Part shown: positions 18,101 through 26,886 of the stretch, in pieces
Layout of the letters: each line of letters opens with the position of its first letter
Position numbering within the stretch: position 1 is the first letter of the stretch
DNA from: Candidatus Magasanikiibacteriota bacterium
Lineage (GTDB): Bacteria > Patescibacteriota > Patescibacteriia > Magasanikbacterales > GWA2-37-8
Direction of reading: 5' to 3'
Assembly: GCA_016182085.1 (NCBI GenBank)
Contig: JACOYB010000004.1
Location: 147,923 to 211,922 of the forward strand
Length of the DNA stretch: 64,000 bases
Program-made: the position numbers and the translations under genes
Notes under the pieces: model-generated
Told to the model about the DNA's origin: nothing
What the model saw: the letters and a program-made list of their open reading frames with translations, nothing else
Databases searched by the model: none

Positions 18101-19978
18101 ATGCAAAAAGCAATTAAAAACAATTTTATCATCGGAGCCTTTTTTGTTTTAAGTTTGTTGTTTTTGCCAAAACCAACCGCAGCCGCTCCTCTGGCAAATC
18201 TCGGATTTCAAACATCGGCGGCTTCAACGGCAGAAGGCAATGTCAACATGGTTAATTTTGTGTTGGATAATAATTCCTTTAGTTTAGGCGATCTTACTGT
18301 AAATTATACGATTAGCGGCACCGCCTCTGCCGATGACTATGCCTTTGCCGGAGTTTCTGGGAGTGGTTCAGTGCAAATTAGCCAAGGCGGTATTATGCTC
18401 GCGCCGTTAGAGTTGTTTGATGATGGCGGTTTGGAAGGAAATGAAACCGTGATTATTACCATTACTTCCATTGTTTCTTCCAACGGGTCAGAAGTGGGAG
18501 TTGATCAAAATAAAAAGGTGTTTACTCAAACTATTGTTGATAATAATAATCCGCCAGCGGTAAGCTTTGAATTTTTTGCCTTCGCGGCTCAAGAAAATAT
18601 TCCAGCCACAGTAAAAGTTAATTTGTCCCATACTTCTAATTTTAACGTTACGTTCCAGTGGAGATTAAACCCTGCTTCAACTACGGCTTCGGCTATGCCT
18701 GTAACCATAGGCGGTAATACTTTTCCGGCGGATTTTACTAACGGCCCTTCGGGTTGGGTAACTACCACCATACCTTCCGGTCAAACTTTTGTAATAATAG
18801 ACCTTGGAGTTCAAGAGGATAATTTGTTTGAAGATGTTGAATATATAAGAATAGATTTAGGAGGCAATTTAAAGAACGCTGTCTACGGATCATGGACTTC
18901 TCATCTGTATCAAATAAGCGACAATGATTTGCCTACGGTTTCGTTTCAAGCCGGATCTTCTTCCGGGCAAGAAAGTCTGGCTTCCCCAAGCTTTTCTGTG
19001 GTTTTATCCAATCCGTCAAAATTTGATACCGGAGTAGAAATTGTGAGCGCCGCGGGCGGTACTGCTCAGAAAGGCGATTTGTCTGCAGCGGGTAATGATT
19101 GGAATTTGCCATCAGGCATGTTTACAGTTCCGGCCGGACAAACATCTGCTAATTTTAGCATTTCCGTAAAAGACGATAGCGAGCAAGAAACAAACGAGAC
19201 CGCGGTGCTTTATATGGAAAGCACTCAAGGCGCAACTTTTGGCCAATACCGCACGCTTACTTATACTATTATGGATAATGATGTTCCTGGCTCTGGGTCA
19301 GGTAGTGGTGGGGGTGGTGGATCAGGCAGCGGCAGTGGAACTGGGGGGAGTATGCCCGGCCCGTCGTGTCCGGTTTTAAATGTGGGCGATATGGTAAAAG
19401 TCATAAACAAGCCGGCTATTTATGTGGTTAATAGATTGTCAAAAATAATGTATTTCCCATCCGGAGACGAATTTAAGAGTTGGAACCAGAACGAAAGCTA
19501 TGGTGGATATAAAACCATAGATCAGGCATGCTTTGATTCTTTGCCAGCTCCAACCGCATATCCGGGCGGAATTAATTTTAGGCCAGGTTCGTATGTTATA
19601 AAAAAAGATACCTCCAGCCAGCTGTATGCGGTTTTGCCAAATAATACTATTGCCAAAATTAGTTCGGCAGAAGCGACTGCTTTGTATGGCGCAAATTATA
19701 AAGTAATGATTGTAAAATCGGTTTTCTGGCCAAATTATGTAACTATGGTGGCGGATATTTCTACCAAAGCGCACGCGGGTATGTTGGTTAAGAAAGACAA
19801 CAAAACTTGGTATGTTGATGGTGCAAACTTGCGAGAAGTTACTTCGGCCGGCATGACTGCGAATAGGTTTAAGAATGCTTTTGTGCGAACCGTGCCAAGT
19901 TCGTATCTGAGCCCGTTTGGAACGGGTGCGCTCATTGATGGAGAAGTGGCGGATATTGCCAATAGAACACAATTATAA
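18101..19978 (+). CDS. Third Calx-beta surface protein with a different C-terminal domain
   Basis: Signal peptide, Calx-beta-like units, Gly/Ser linker, then GDMVKVINKPAIYVV..YFPSGDEFKSW-type repeats. Confidence 0.75.
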   Translation: MQKAIKNNFIIGAFFVLSLLFLPKPTAAAPLANLGFQTSAASTAEGNVNMVNFVLDNNSFSLGDLTVNYTISGTASADDYAFAGVSGSGSVQISQGGIMLAPLELFDDGGLEGNETVIITITSIVSSNGSEVGVDQNKKVFTQTIVDNNNPPAVSFEFFAFAAQENIPATVKVNLSHTSNFNVTFQWRLNPASTTASAMPVTIGGNTFPADFTNGPSGWVTTTIPSGQTFVIIDLGVQEDNLFEDVEYIRIDLGGNLKNAVYGSWTSHLYQISDNDLPTVSFQAGSSSGQESLASPSFSVVLSNPSKFDTGVEIVSAAGGTAQKGDLSAAGNDWNLPSGMFTVPAGQTSANFSISVKDDSEQETNETAVLYMESTQGATFGQYRTLTYTIMDNDVPGSGSGSGGGGGSGSGSGTGGSMPGPSCPVLNVGDMVKVINKPAIYVVNRLSKIMYFPSGDEFKSWNQNESYGGYKTIDQACFDSLPAPTAYPGGINFRPGSYVIKKDTSSQLYAVLPNNTIAKISSAEATALYGANYKVMIVKSVFWPNYVTMVADISTKAHAGMLVKKDNKTWYVDGANLREVTSAGMTANRFKNAFVRTVPSSYLSPFGTGALIDGEVADIANRTQL

Positions 19979-19987
19979 GAATTAACA

Positions 19988-20031
19988 ACCAAAAAACACC
20001 CATTGACAAAATGGGTGTTTTTTGGTATATT
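19988..20031 (+). promoter_or_regulatory. Terminator hairpin overlapping a sigma70 promoter
   Basis: 17-bp inverted repeat ACCAAAAAACACCCATT-gacaa-AATGGGTGTTTTTTGGT; TTGACA (20003) N17 TATATT (20026). Confidence 0.7.
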
Positions 20032-20118
20032 ATTGCGTTATTCCCAGAGAGGGGAAGACCCTTGGTCCCGGGCAGGGACAAAATGCTTTTCGGGCTTTTA
20101 GTCCGAAGGAGAAGGCAA

Positions 20119-20598
20119 ATGGCCAAGTACAATGATTTGACGATGGGCCAGGTAGAGGCGCTCGTCAACAAGATCGGCGGTATGAGGAAGGTGCAGGCGA
20201 TCCTGCGCGGTGATCTTGAGCTGAACGTGGAAGTTGCTGCGCAAGAGCACCGGCAAGACCTCCCATCCGACTTTCTAGCGCACAAGCATGGCGCCTATAG
20301 GGTGTTGCGAGATGTAGAGCCGACCAAGTTCGAGCCGGGCAAGCCGCTTTACTACCACCCGGATATGGGTTTGGTGGATGCGGTTTTCTTGCTGGAAAAT
20401 CAGCACAGGATGGCAGCCCAGTATAGTGGGTTGTCAGAGCTAGAGTTCCACGGAACCCTTCTCCAGAGTGCCTGGGCATATTGGGAAATATCCCATGCAT
20501 ATCTGAGGCGTGTTACCATACCGGATGTGGCACAACGAGGTTTGACAGAATGGGGTTTGATATTCAAAGCCCTTCCTAACAAACACCTCGCCAAGTAG
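20119..20598 (+). CDS. Orphan islet protein (hypothetical)
   Basis: ATG 20119 after AAGGAG; GC-richer than flanks; N-terminus LTMGQVEALVNKIGG. Confidence 0.65.
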   Translation: MAKYNDLTMGQVEALVNKIGGMRKVQAILRGDLELNVEVAAQEHRQDLPSDFLAHKHGAYRVLRDVEPTKFEPGKPLYYHPDMGLVDAVFLLENQHRMAAQYSGLSELEFHGTLLQSAWAYWEISHAYLRRVTIPDVAQRGLTEWGLIFKALPNKHLAK

Positions 20599-20661
20599 TT
20601 CTTTTGCGCCTCGTTCGGTATTGACCTAACAAGTTAATCTGGGCGAGGCGTTTTGTTTAAA

Positions 20662-20690
20662 TTGACAGTTCGTATTTATGGTCGTATTAT
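20662..20690 (+). promoter_or_regulatory. Sigma70 promoter of the NHL-repeat gene
   Basis: TTGACA-N17-TATTAT directly after the islet terminator (20607-20654). Confidence 0.7.
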
Positions 20691-20724
20691 ATACGATATT
20701 ATCTTTTATAATTTAAACATATAT

Positions 20725-23445
20725 ATGTCGCACAAAAATTTTAGTAGAAATTTCAAAATAAAAAAGATAGTTATTTTTGTAGTTATCGCAATGGTAGGAA
20801 TATTAGTATGTCAGAGTGCTAAAGCAGCGGATATTAAAGCTTCAGAAGTTTTGGGTCAGATTAACCCAGCCACTAATCAACCCGATTTTACTCAGCGTAA
20901 TATAAATAGTCACGTGGTAAATAATTATGGTTTTAACCACGAGGAAGTAGTGATGGTAGATACAGGGCTCCATCGTTTATTTGTAGCCGATGCTAATAAT
21001 AACCGAGTTTTGGTTTTTAATCTTAATAATAATGATGAGCTTGTTGATTATTATGCGGATAATGTTTTAGGGCAATCAAATTTTATAAATTTTCTTTCAA
21101 ATCAGGGTGGTGCGCCAGGAGCCGCAACCATGCGTTTTCCCTCAGGTCTTGCTTATAACAATCTCAACAATACTTTGTATGTGTCTGATACTTATAACAA
21201 TCGTGTTTTGGTTTTTGATGTCAGTACTATTACCAACGGCGAACCGGCCGTTGCAGTTTTGGGACAATCTACATTTGCAAATGTAAGTGCCAATCAGAGT
21301 GGCGCTGTTTCTGCCCAAACTCTTTTTAATCCTACAAGCCTTGTGCATAACAGCATAGATAATATTTTATATGTTTCTGATTTAGCTAATTCTCGTGTTC
21401 TAGCCTATGATGTAAATACTATCGTAAATGGCGAAGCGGCCGTTGCAGTCTTAGGCCAGCCTAATTTTATAAGTAATACGTTCACGGGAGTATCACCTAC
21501 GTCTGTATTTCAGCCTAGAGGCCTGGCCTTTAACAATACCAATAAATGGTTATATTTGGCTGACAGTTACAATAATCGCGTCCTAGCCTATGATGTAAAT
21601 ACTATCGTAAATGGCGAAGCGGCCGTTGCGGTCTTAGGCCAGCCTAACTTGATGAGTGCTGTTGCTAACTATCCCAATAATATTCCCGCTGCTAACAATC
21701 TTTCTTTGCCGAGGGGGGTCGCTTTTGATAAGGGGAGTATGAAATTATATGTTTCTGATTCAGCTAATTCTCGTGTTCTAGCCTATGATGTAAATACTAT
21801 CGTAAATGGCGAAGCGGCTGTGGCGGTCTTAGGCCAGCCTAATTTTATCAGTAATAGTGCCAATCAAGGTGGTATGTTAGCGGGAGCTACAACTGTTAAT
21901 TATCCAATGGGGCTTGCTCTTAACAGTTACAAAAAATTATTTGTAGCTGATACCAATAACAACAGGGTTTTGGTTTTTGATGTCAGTGTTATTGTTAATG
22001 GCGAAGCCGCGGCTTCAGTTTTAGGCCAGCTTGATAATAGCAGTCAGCCGAATTTCAACCAGAACAGAATTAATAGTCATTTAATCAACGATTATGGTTT
22101 TGACAAGCCAAAAGAAATGGCCATAGATATAAAATTACACCGTTTATTTGTAGCCGATACTAATAACAACCGTGTTTTGGTTTTTAACCTTAATAATAAT
22201 GATGAGCTTATTGATTATAATGCGGATAGTGTTTTAGGCCAGCCCGATTTTACAAGCAACTTACCAAATCAAGGAGGTAACACAGGGCCTGGAACTCTTA
22301 ATCATCCGTCCGGTCTTGCCTTTAACATAAGTAGAAATTTACTATATGTGGCAGACACGAATAATCATCGCGTTTTAGTTTACGATGTTACTACCATTGT
22401 TAATGGACAATCAGCGGTCAGTGTTTTGGGTCAACCTGATTTTATAAGCTCTCTTAAGAATAATTGTAACTGTACTATTCCGACTGCGAACTCTCTTAAT
22501 GCACCCGGCAACATTGTATACAGTAAAAATAATAACATTTTATATGTAGGAGACGGTGGTAATGCGCGCGTGCTTGCTTATAATGTTACGACTATCGTCA
22601 ATGGAGAATCAGCTCTTTCAGTGTTGGGTAAGCCGGATTTTGTTACTCCTTTCGTTAATAACCCCCCGACAGCAGAAAATCTTAATCAGTTTTTAGACAT
22701 GGGCGGTTTAGCCTATGACGATGATAACAAAATTCTATATGTTTCTGACTCGCGCAAGCATCGTGTCTTAGCTTACGATGTAAACACTATCGTAAATGGC
22801 GAAGCAGCCGTTGCGGTCTTAGGACAATTTAACTTTTTAAGCGGTAACTCAAACCAAGGAGGTTTTTGGCCAGGGCCAGGAACTCTTCATTCCCCCGTAG
22901 GTCTTGTATATGATAAGGATAATAAAAGTTTGTTCGTAACGGATCAAGGTAATAATCGCGTTCTGTTGTTCGACGTAGCTACCATTGTTAATGGCGAAGC
23001 GGCAGCTGCGGTTTTAGGTCAGCTTAATTTTGTCAGTAATTATCCAAATCAAGGCAGTTTTTTACCAGGACAAAAGACCCTTTGGGTCCCATCTGCTGTC
23101 ACGTACAACGGTGTCAATAACACTGTATATATATCAGATTTAGAAAATAATCGTGTTATGCTGTTTAAGCTTATTGATATTATTACCGTAGAGATGCCTA
23201 ATGGCACAGTGGGCAATTCATATAACCAGACGGTAGTGGCTCAAAATGGCCAAAGTAACAACGTAAGATATTCTGTTAGCGCCGGATCTTTGGCTAACGG
23301 CCTTACATTGAACAGTGTAACAGGGTTGATCTCTGGTACGCCCACTGTAGCCGGTACTTTCTTATTTACTATTAAAGCTTCGGATAATTTTGCGGATACC
23401 AGTGTGATCTCTGATCGCCGTCAGTTTAAGCATACGATTTTCTAG
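20725..23445 (+). CDS. Secreted NHL-repeat (beta-propeller) protein with a C-terminal putative Ig domain
   Basis: Signal peptide; many LYVSD..N.RVL.YD...A..VLGQ repeats; C-terminal GSL.NGLTLNS.TG.ISGTPT; ATG at 20725. Confidence 0.85.
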   Translation: MSHKNFSRNFKIKKIVIFVVIAMVGILVCQSAKAADIKASEVLGQINPATNQPDFTQRNINSHVVNNYGFNHEEVVMVDTGLHRLFVADANNNRVLVFNLNNNDELVDYYADNVLGQSNFINFLSNQGGAPGAATMRFPSGLAYNNLNNTLYVSDTYNNRVLVFDVSTITNGEPAVAVLGQSTFANVSANQSGAVSAQTLFNPTSLVHNSIDNILYVSDLANSRVLAYDVNTIVNGEAAVAVLGQPNFISNTFTGVSPTSVFQPRGLAFNNTNKWLYLADSYNNRVLAYDVNTIVNGEAAVAVLGQPNLMSAVANYPNNIPAANNLSLPRGVAFDKGSMKLYVSDSANSRVLAYDVNTIVNGEAAVAVLGQPNFISNSANQGGMLAGATTVNYPMGLALNSYKKLFVADTNNNRVLVFDVSVIVNGEAAASVLGQLDNSSQPNFNQNRINSHLINDYGFDKPKEMAIDIKLHRLFVADTNNNRVLVFNLNNNDELIDYNADSVLGQPDFTSNLPNQGGNTGPGTLNHPSGLAFNISRNLLYVADTNNHRVLVYDVTTIVNGQSAVSVLGQPDFISSLKNNCNCTIPTANSLNAPGNIVYSKNNNILYVGDGGNARVLAYNVTTIVNGESALSVLGKPDFVTPFVNNPPTAENLNQFLDMGGLAYDDDNKILYVSDSRKHRVLAYDVNTIVNGEAAVAVLGQFNFLSGNSNQGGFWPGPGTLHSPVGLVYDKDNKSLFVTDQGNNRVLLFDVATIVNGEAAAAVLGQLNFVSNYPNQGSFLPGQKTLWVPSAVTYNGVNNTVYISDLENNRVMLFKLIDIITVEMPNGTVGNSYNQTVVAQNGQSNNVRYSVSAGSLANGLTLNSVTGLISGTPTVAGTFLFTIKASDNFADTSVISDRRQFKHTIF

Positions 23446-23606
23446 TTAATAATTCTTACTACATACTTTGCAGTTTGTTAAGAGCAAAATAATAAAAAGA
23501 CCATTAACTCAACAAGTATGGTCTTTTTATATTGACAAAATGTAATTAATCAGTCATTATACCCCTATATGAACCGAGAAATCGGCGATTTTGCGTATTT
23601 ACGTTA

Positions 23607-23784
23607 ATTGTCATTCTGAGTGGAACGAAGAATCCCTGTATATCATTCCCGCCAAAGCGGGAATCCAGACAATCGGATACTGGATTCCCAATTCGTTGGG
23701 AATGACAGGCGAAGATCCCTCCCGCCCGAACGTACACGTTCGGTACGGGCGGGCGTCGGCTAAAGCCTCGCTTGGGATGACAAT
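23607..23784. repeat. Nested cluster of REP-like palindromes upstream of uvrB
   Basis: Outer ATTGTCAT...ATGACAAT; inner pair TCATTCCCGCCAAAGCGGGAATCCAG / CTGGATTCCCAATTCGTTGGGAATGACA; extra hairpin CCCGCCC...GGGCGGG at 23721-23753. Confidence 0.85.
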
Positions 23785-23793
23785 GTAAAAGCA

Positions 23794-23855
23794 TATGCCA
23801 CTATTTCCCCTAAGAGGGGTCTGCCCTCGGGGCTGAAAATAAGTATGCCACTATT
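23794..23855. repeat. 38-bp double-hairpin insert flanked by a 12-bp direct repeat of the uvrB start
   Basis: TATGCCACTATT at 23794-23805 and 23844-23855. Confidence 0.7.
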
Positions 23856-25872
23856 CCAACTCCACTCAAAATTTAAACCAGCTGGAGATCAGCCCGAAGC
23901 TATTAAACAATTAATGGCTAGTTTGGATAAAGGAAATCGTTATCAAACTTTGCTCGGGGTAACCGGTTCGGGTAAGACTTTTACTGTCGCCAATCTTATT
24001 ACGCAATTTGATCAGCCGGTCTTGGTAATGGCGCCCAACAAAGCCTTGGCCGCGCAGCTGTACCGTGAATACAAAAATTTCTTTCCCGAAAATTCGGTGA
24101 ATTATTTTGTTTCTTATTACGATTATTATCAGCCAGAGGCATATATGCCAACCAGCGATACCTATATAGAAAAAGAATCAATGATAAATGAAGAGATAGA
24201 CAGGTTGCGCCACCAGGCCACCAGCGCGCTCGTGTCTCGCAAAGATGTAATTGTGGTTGCCTCTGTATCCTGTATATATAACTTGGGTGTGCCAAATAAT
24301 TATTTTGAATCAGCCGTGCATTTGGAAATAGGGCAGCCGATGGTGCGAGCCGATCTTATGCGACAGCTGATAAAAATTCAATTTGCGCGCACGCCCGGAG
24401 CTTTAGAGAGAGGTAAGTTTCGTGTGCGGGGTGATGTGTTTGAAATAGCGCCAGCGGCCGATAAATTTTTGTATAGAATAGAAATTAAAGACCAAAGAGT
24501 GGCCGAGATTTCTGTAATAGATGCTCTAACAAAAGTTGTAAAAGAAAATCTAAAAGAAGCGGTAATATTTCCGGTAAAACATTTTGTGTCTTCAGAGCCG
24601 CAAATGAAGGAAGCGCTCAAAGAAATAAAAGCCGAACTAAAAGACCGCTTGGCATATTTTAAGAAAAAAGAATTGTATTTGGAAGCAGAACGGCTAGAGC
24701 GTCGTACTCGATATGATTTGGAAATGTTAAAAACTTTGGGTTTTTGTCATGGAATAGAAAATTATTCTCGGCATTTGGCCGGCAAGCTGGCCGGAGAAGC
24801 GCCGGACACTCTATTGGCATATTTTCCGTGGAAAGACGGCAAACCGGATTTTTTAACCATTATGGACGAATCACATATTGGCTTGCCCCAAGTGCGAGGT
24901 ATGTATGCCGGAGACAGAAGCCGTAAAGAAGTGCTGGCTCAGTATGGCTGGAGATTGCCTTCGGCTTTGGATAACCGCCCGCTTAAATTTGATGAATTTG
25001 AAAAAAGAGTCGGGCAAGTGGTATTTACTTCGGCTACTCCGGGGGATTTTGAAATGACCAAATCCAGCACTATTGCCGAACAAGTTATTCGCCCAACAGG
25101 ACTAATTGATCCGCCAATAGAAGTCCGCCGCGCCTCGCCGACAATAAACCCCACCCCTTTCCCCTCCCCTTATAGGGGAGGGAACGACACCAATAGTGTT
25201 GTTTCCCCCGCTCCGGTTCTCTCCCCTACAAGGGGAGAGATAAAGAGAGGGGTTTACAATGGCCAAGTAAATGATGTAATGCAAGAAATTGAAGGAATAG
25301 TTAAAAGAGGCGAACGAGCGATTATAAACGTGCTCACCAAAAAAATGGCCGAGGAATTATCGGAGTTTTTGCTTCAAAGAAAATTCGCGGTAAATTACCT
25401 GCATTCTGATGTAAAAACTTTGCAGCGCACGGAAATTTTGAATGATTTTCGTCTCGGAAAGTTTAGTGTGCTAATTGGCGTAAACTTATTGCGTGAAGGT
25501 TTGGATTTACCGGAAGTAACTTTGGTAGCGATTATGGATGCGGACCGAGAAGGGTTTTTGCGCAGCGAAGAGTCGCTTATGCAGACTATGGGCCGCGCCG
25601 CTAGAAATGTGAGTGGTAAAGTTATTTTGTATGCGGATACGCTTACTAAATCAATAAAAAATGCGATGAAGGAAGTGGAAAGACGCCGTAAGTTGCAATT
25701 GGAATATAATGAGAAACACGGTATTACGCCACAAACAACTCATAAAGCGATAGAACAGTTTTTGGATATTCCGGATGCGCCTGATCCCGCTAATTCTAGA
25801 TCAGGTAAAATTAGTACGGAGCCAGATCGTAGAGGTAAAAGATCAATTAAAAAGCAAACGGAGAAAAAGTAG
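23845..25872 (+). CDS. uvrB: Excinuclease ABC subunit B (with an in-frame palindromic insertion)
   Basis: GDQP, LGVTGSGKTF, YYDYYQPEAY beta-hairpin, DESH, LPSALDNRPL, NLLREGLDLPEV, GRAARN. Confidence 0.97.
   Translation: MPLFQLHSKFKPAGDQPEAIKQLMASLDKGNRYQTLLGVTGSGKTFTVANLITQFDQPVLVMAPNKALAAQLYREYKNFFPENSVNYFVSYYDYYQPEAYMPTSDTYIEKESMINEEIDRLRHQATSALVSRKDVIVVASVSCIYNLGVPNNYFESAVHLEIGQPMVRADLMRQLIKIQFARTPGALERGKFRVRGDVFEIAPAADKFLYRIEIKDQRVAEISVIDALTKVVKENLKEAVIFPVKHFVSSEPQMKEALKEIKAELKDRLAYFKKKELYLEAERLERRTRYDLEMLKTLGFCHGIENYSRHLAGKLAGEAPDTLLAYFPWKDGKPDFLTIMDESHIGLPQVRGMYAGDRSRKEVLAQYGWRLPSALDNRPLKFDEFEKRVGQVVFTSATPGDFEMTKSSTIAEQVIRPTGLIDPPIEVRRASPTINPTPFPSPYRGGNDTNSVVSPAPVLSPTRGEIKRGVYNGQVNDVMQEIEGIVKRGERAIINVLTKKMAEELSEFLLQRKFAVNYLHSDVKTLQRTEILNDFRLGKFSVLIGVNLLREGLDLPEVTLVAIMDADREGFLRSEESLMQTMGRAARNVSGKVILYADTLTKSIKNAMKEVERRRKLQLEYNEKHGITPQTTHKAIEQFLDIPDAPDPANSRSGKISTEPDRRGKRSIKKQTEKK
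25145..25256. mobile_element. Intragenic palindromic element translated in frame within uvrB
   Basis: Ends TAAACCCC/GGGGTTTA; hairpins CCCTCCCCT-tat-AGGGGAGGG and TCTCTCCCCT-aca-AGGGGAGAGA; adds roughly 38-40 aa between IEVR and GQV. Confidence 0.8.
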
Positions 25873-25937
25873 TTGTGCCCTTTAAAAAACAGTACGCCGG
25901 TCTCTTGAGGAGGCCGGCTGACGAGAATGAGCGGGTT

Positions 25938-26321
25938 TCAGTTTTTACCGAAGGCTTTACGAATGTAGTCGGTGTAATCGAACTTGACTACAGCGGCATT
26001 GCATCCGGCTTTCATGAGTTCGCTATTGCTCTCATCACTGCTTGAAGCTGCAACGATCAGGCCGCGGAATCCCATGTCCCTGAAGTGATGTACAAGTGGC
26101 GTGGTGGTAAGCTCTCCATCCTTAATCACATCGTTATCGTTGCGAGGCACGCTGCCATCTACGGTGATGGCCACGATATCGGGATGCTGGGCGTAGAGAT
26201 TCTCAGCTTCGGCAATAGTACGCGCAAAGACCATTTCTATGTAATCTATCAGCATGTCTGGCCAGAGTTGCTGGCATGAAGGATTATCTTCCACGACCAG
26301 AATTTTCGGCAGATTGCCCAT
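25938..26321 (-). CDS. Stand-alone response-regulator receiver domain
   Basis: KILVVEDN...ITVDGS...IVAASS...VVK receiver pattern; SD-like AAAGGGGGG upstream. Confidence 0.75.
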   Translation of the reverse strand: MGNLPKILVVEDNPSCQQLWPDMLIDYIEMVFARTIAEAENLYAQHPDIVAITVDGSVPRNDNDVIKDGELTTTPLVHHFRDMGFRGLIVAASSSDESNSELMKAGCNAAVVKFDYTDYIRKAFGKN

Positions 26322-26523
26322 AGGTCCCCCCTTTGAGACTTGGTTATATATAAGCTAACACCAGCAACTAAATAAATCAATAGATCTAATAATATGAAAA
26401 GAAATAACAAATATTCTTTAATATAAAAATAAGACGCTGTCTGGGTAGACAGCGAGGCCCGTGAGGTGGAGCCAATTACCTGTTGAAGGATCATTTTTCT
26501 TGATTTGTGAGGTTCGGACTCAA

Positions 26524-26886
26524 TCAGATACCGAGAATCTCTCGAATTTTATCGACCACTTGGTCCTTGCGAGCTTCGTGTTCGCATCCACTAATCACTC
26601 GCAGATCGAAGTTGGAATCAATACTGTTCGAACCAGCAATCATGCGAGCCCCATATCCGGCCTCTCCGAGCCGCTTGGCCAGCAAAACGGTATCTCCACT
26701 TTCGTGAAGAGATCCGTCCACGACGATCACATCGAAATCAGGGACAGTGTGGGCGAGAATCTGGTTGACGACCGTGGTCGCCCCAGCTAGCGTGGTAACT
26801 GGCACAATCTCGACCGTAGCGGGTAGATCCTGACGATACTTGGTTTGCCACTCAGTGAGATCCTCGATCACCAGTACTCTGGGCAT
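26524..26886 (-). CDS. Second stand-alone receiver domain
   Basis: RVLVIEDL...FDVIVVDGSL...MIAGSN...ARK; own promoter TTGACT-N17-TAGTGT on the minus strand near 26917-26945. Confidence 0.75.
   Translation of the reverse strand: MPRVLVIEDLTEWQTKYRQDLPATVEIVPVTTLAGATTVVNQILAHTVPDFDVIVVDGSLHESGDTVLLAKRLGEAGYGARMIAGSNSIDSNFDLRVISGCEHEARKDQVVDKIREILGI

Noticed and set aside
21367-22822. Diversity-generating retroelement template/variable repeat pair
   Set aside because: All copies are in-frame protein repeats, the differences are not adenine-specific, and there is no reverse transcriptase in the window.
23607-23784. Possible CRISPR array
   Set aside because: Repeats are inverted and nested rather than direct with regular spacers; no cas genes in the window.
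23546-23794. Short ORFs on both strands upstream of uvrB
   Set aside because: They are translations of the palindromic repeat cluster; the ORFs at 6125-6373 and 39180-39392 are similar.
25141-25260. Intein or intron in uvrB; ACAAT as target-site duplication
   Set aside because: Far too short and lacking intein or group I/II intron motifs; removing the insert plus one ACAAT would shift the frame.
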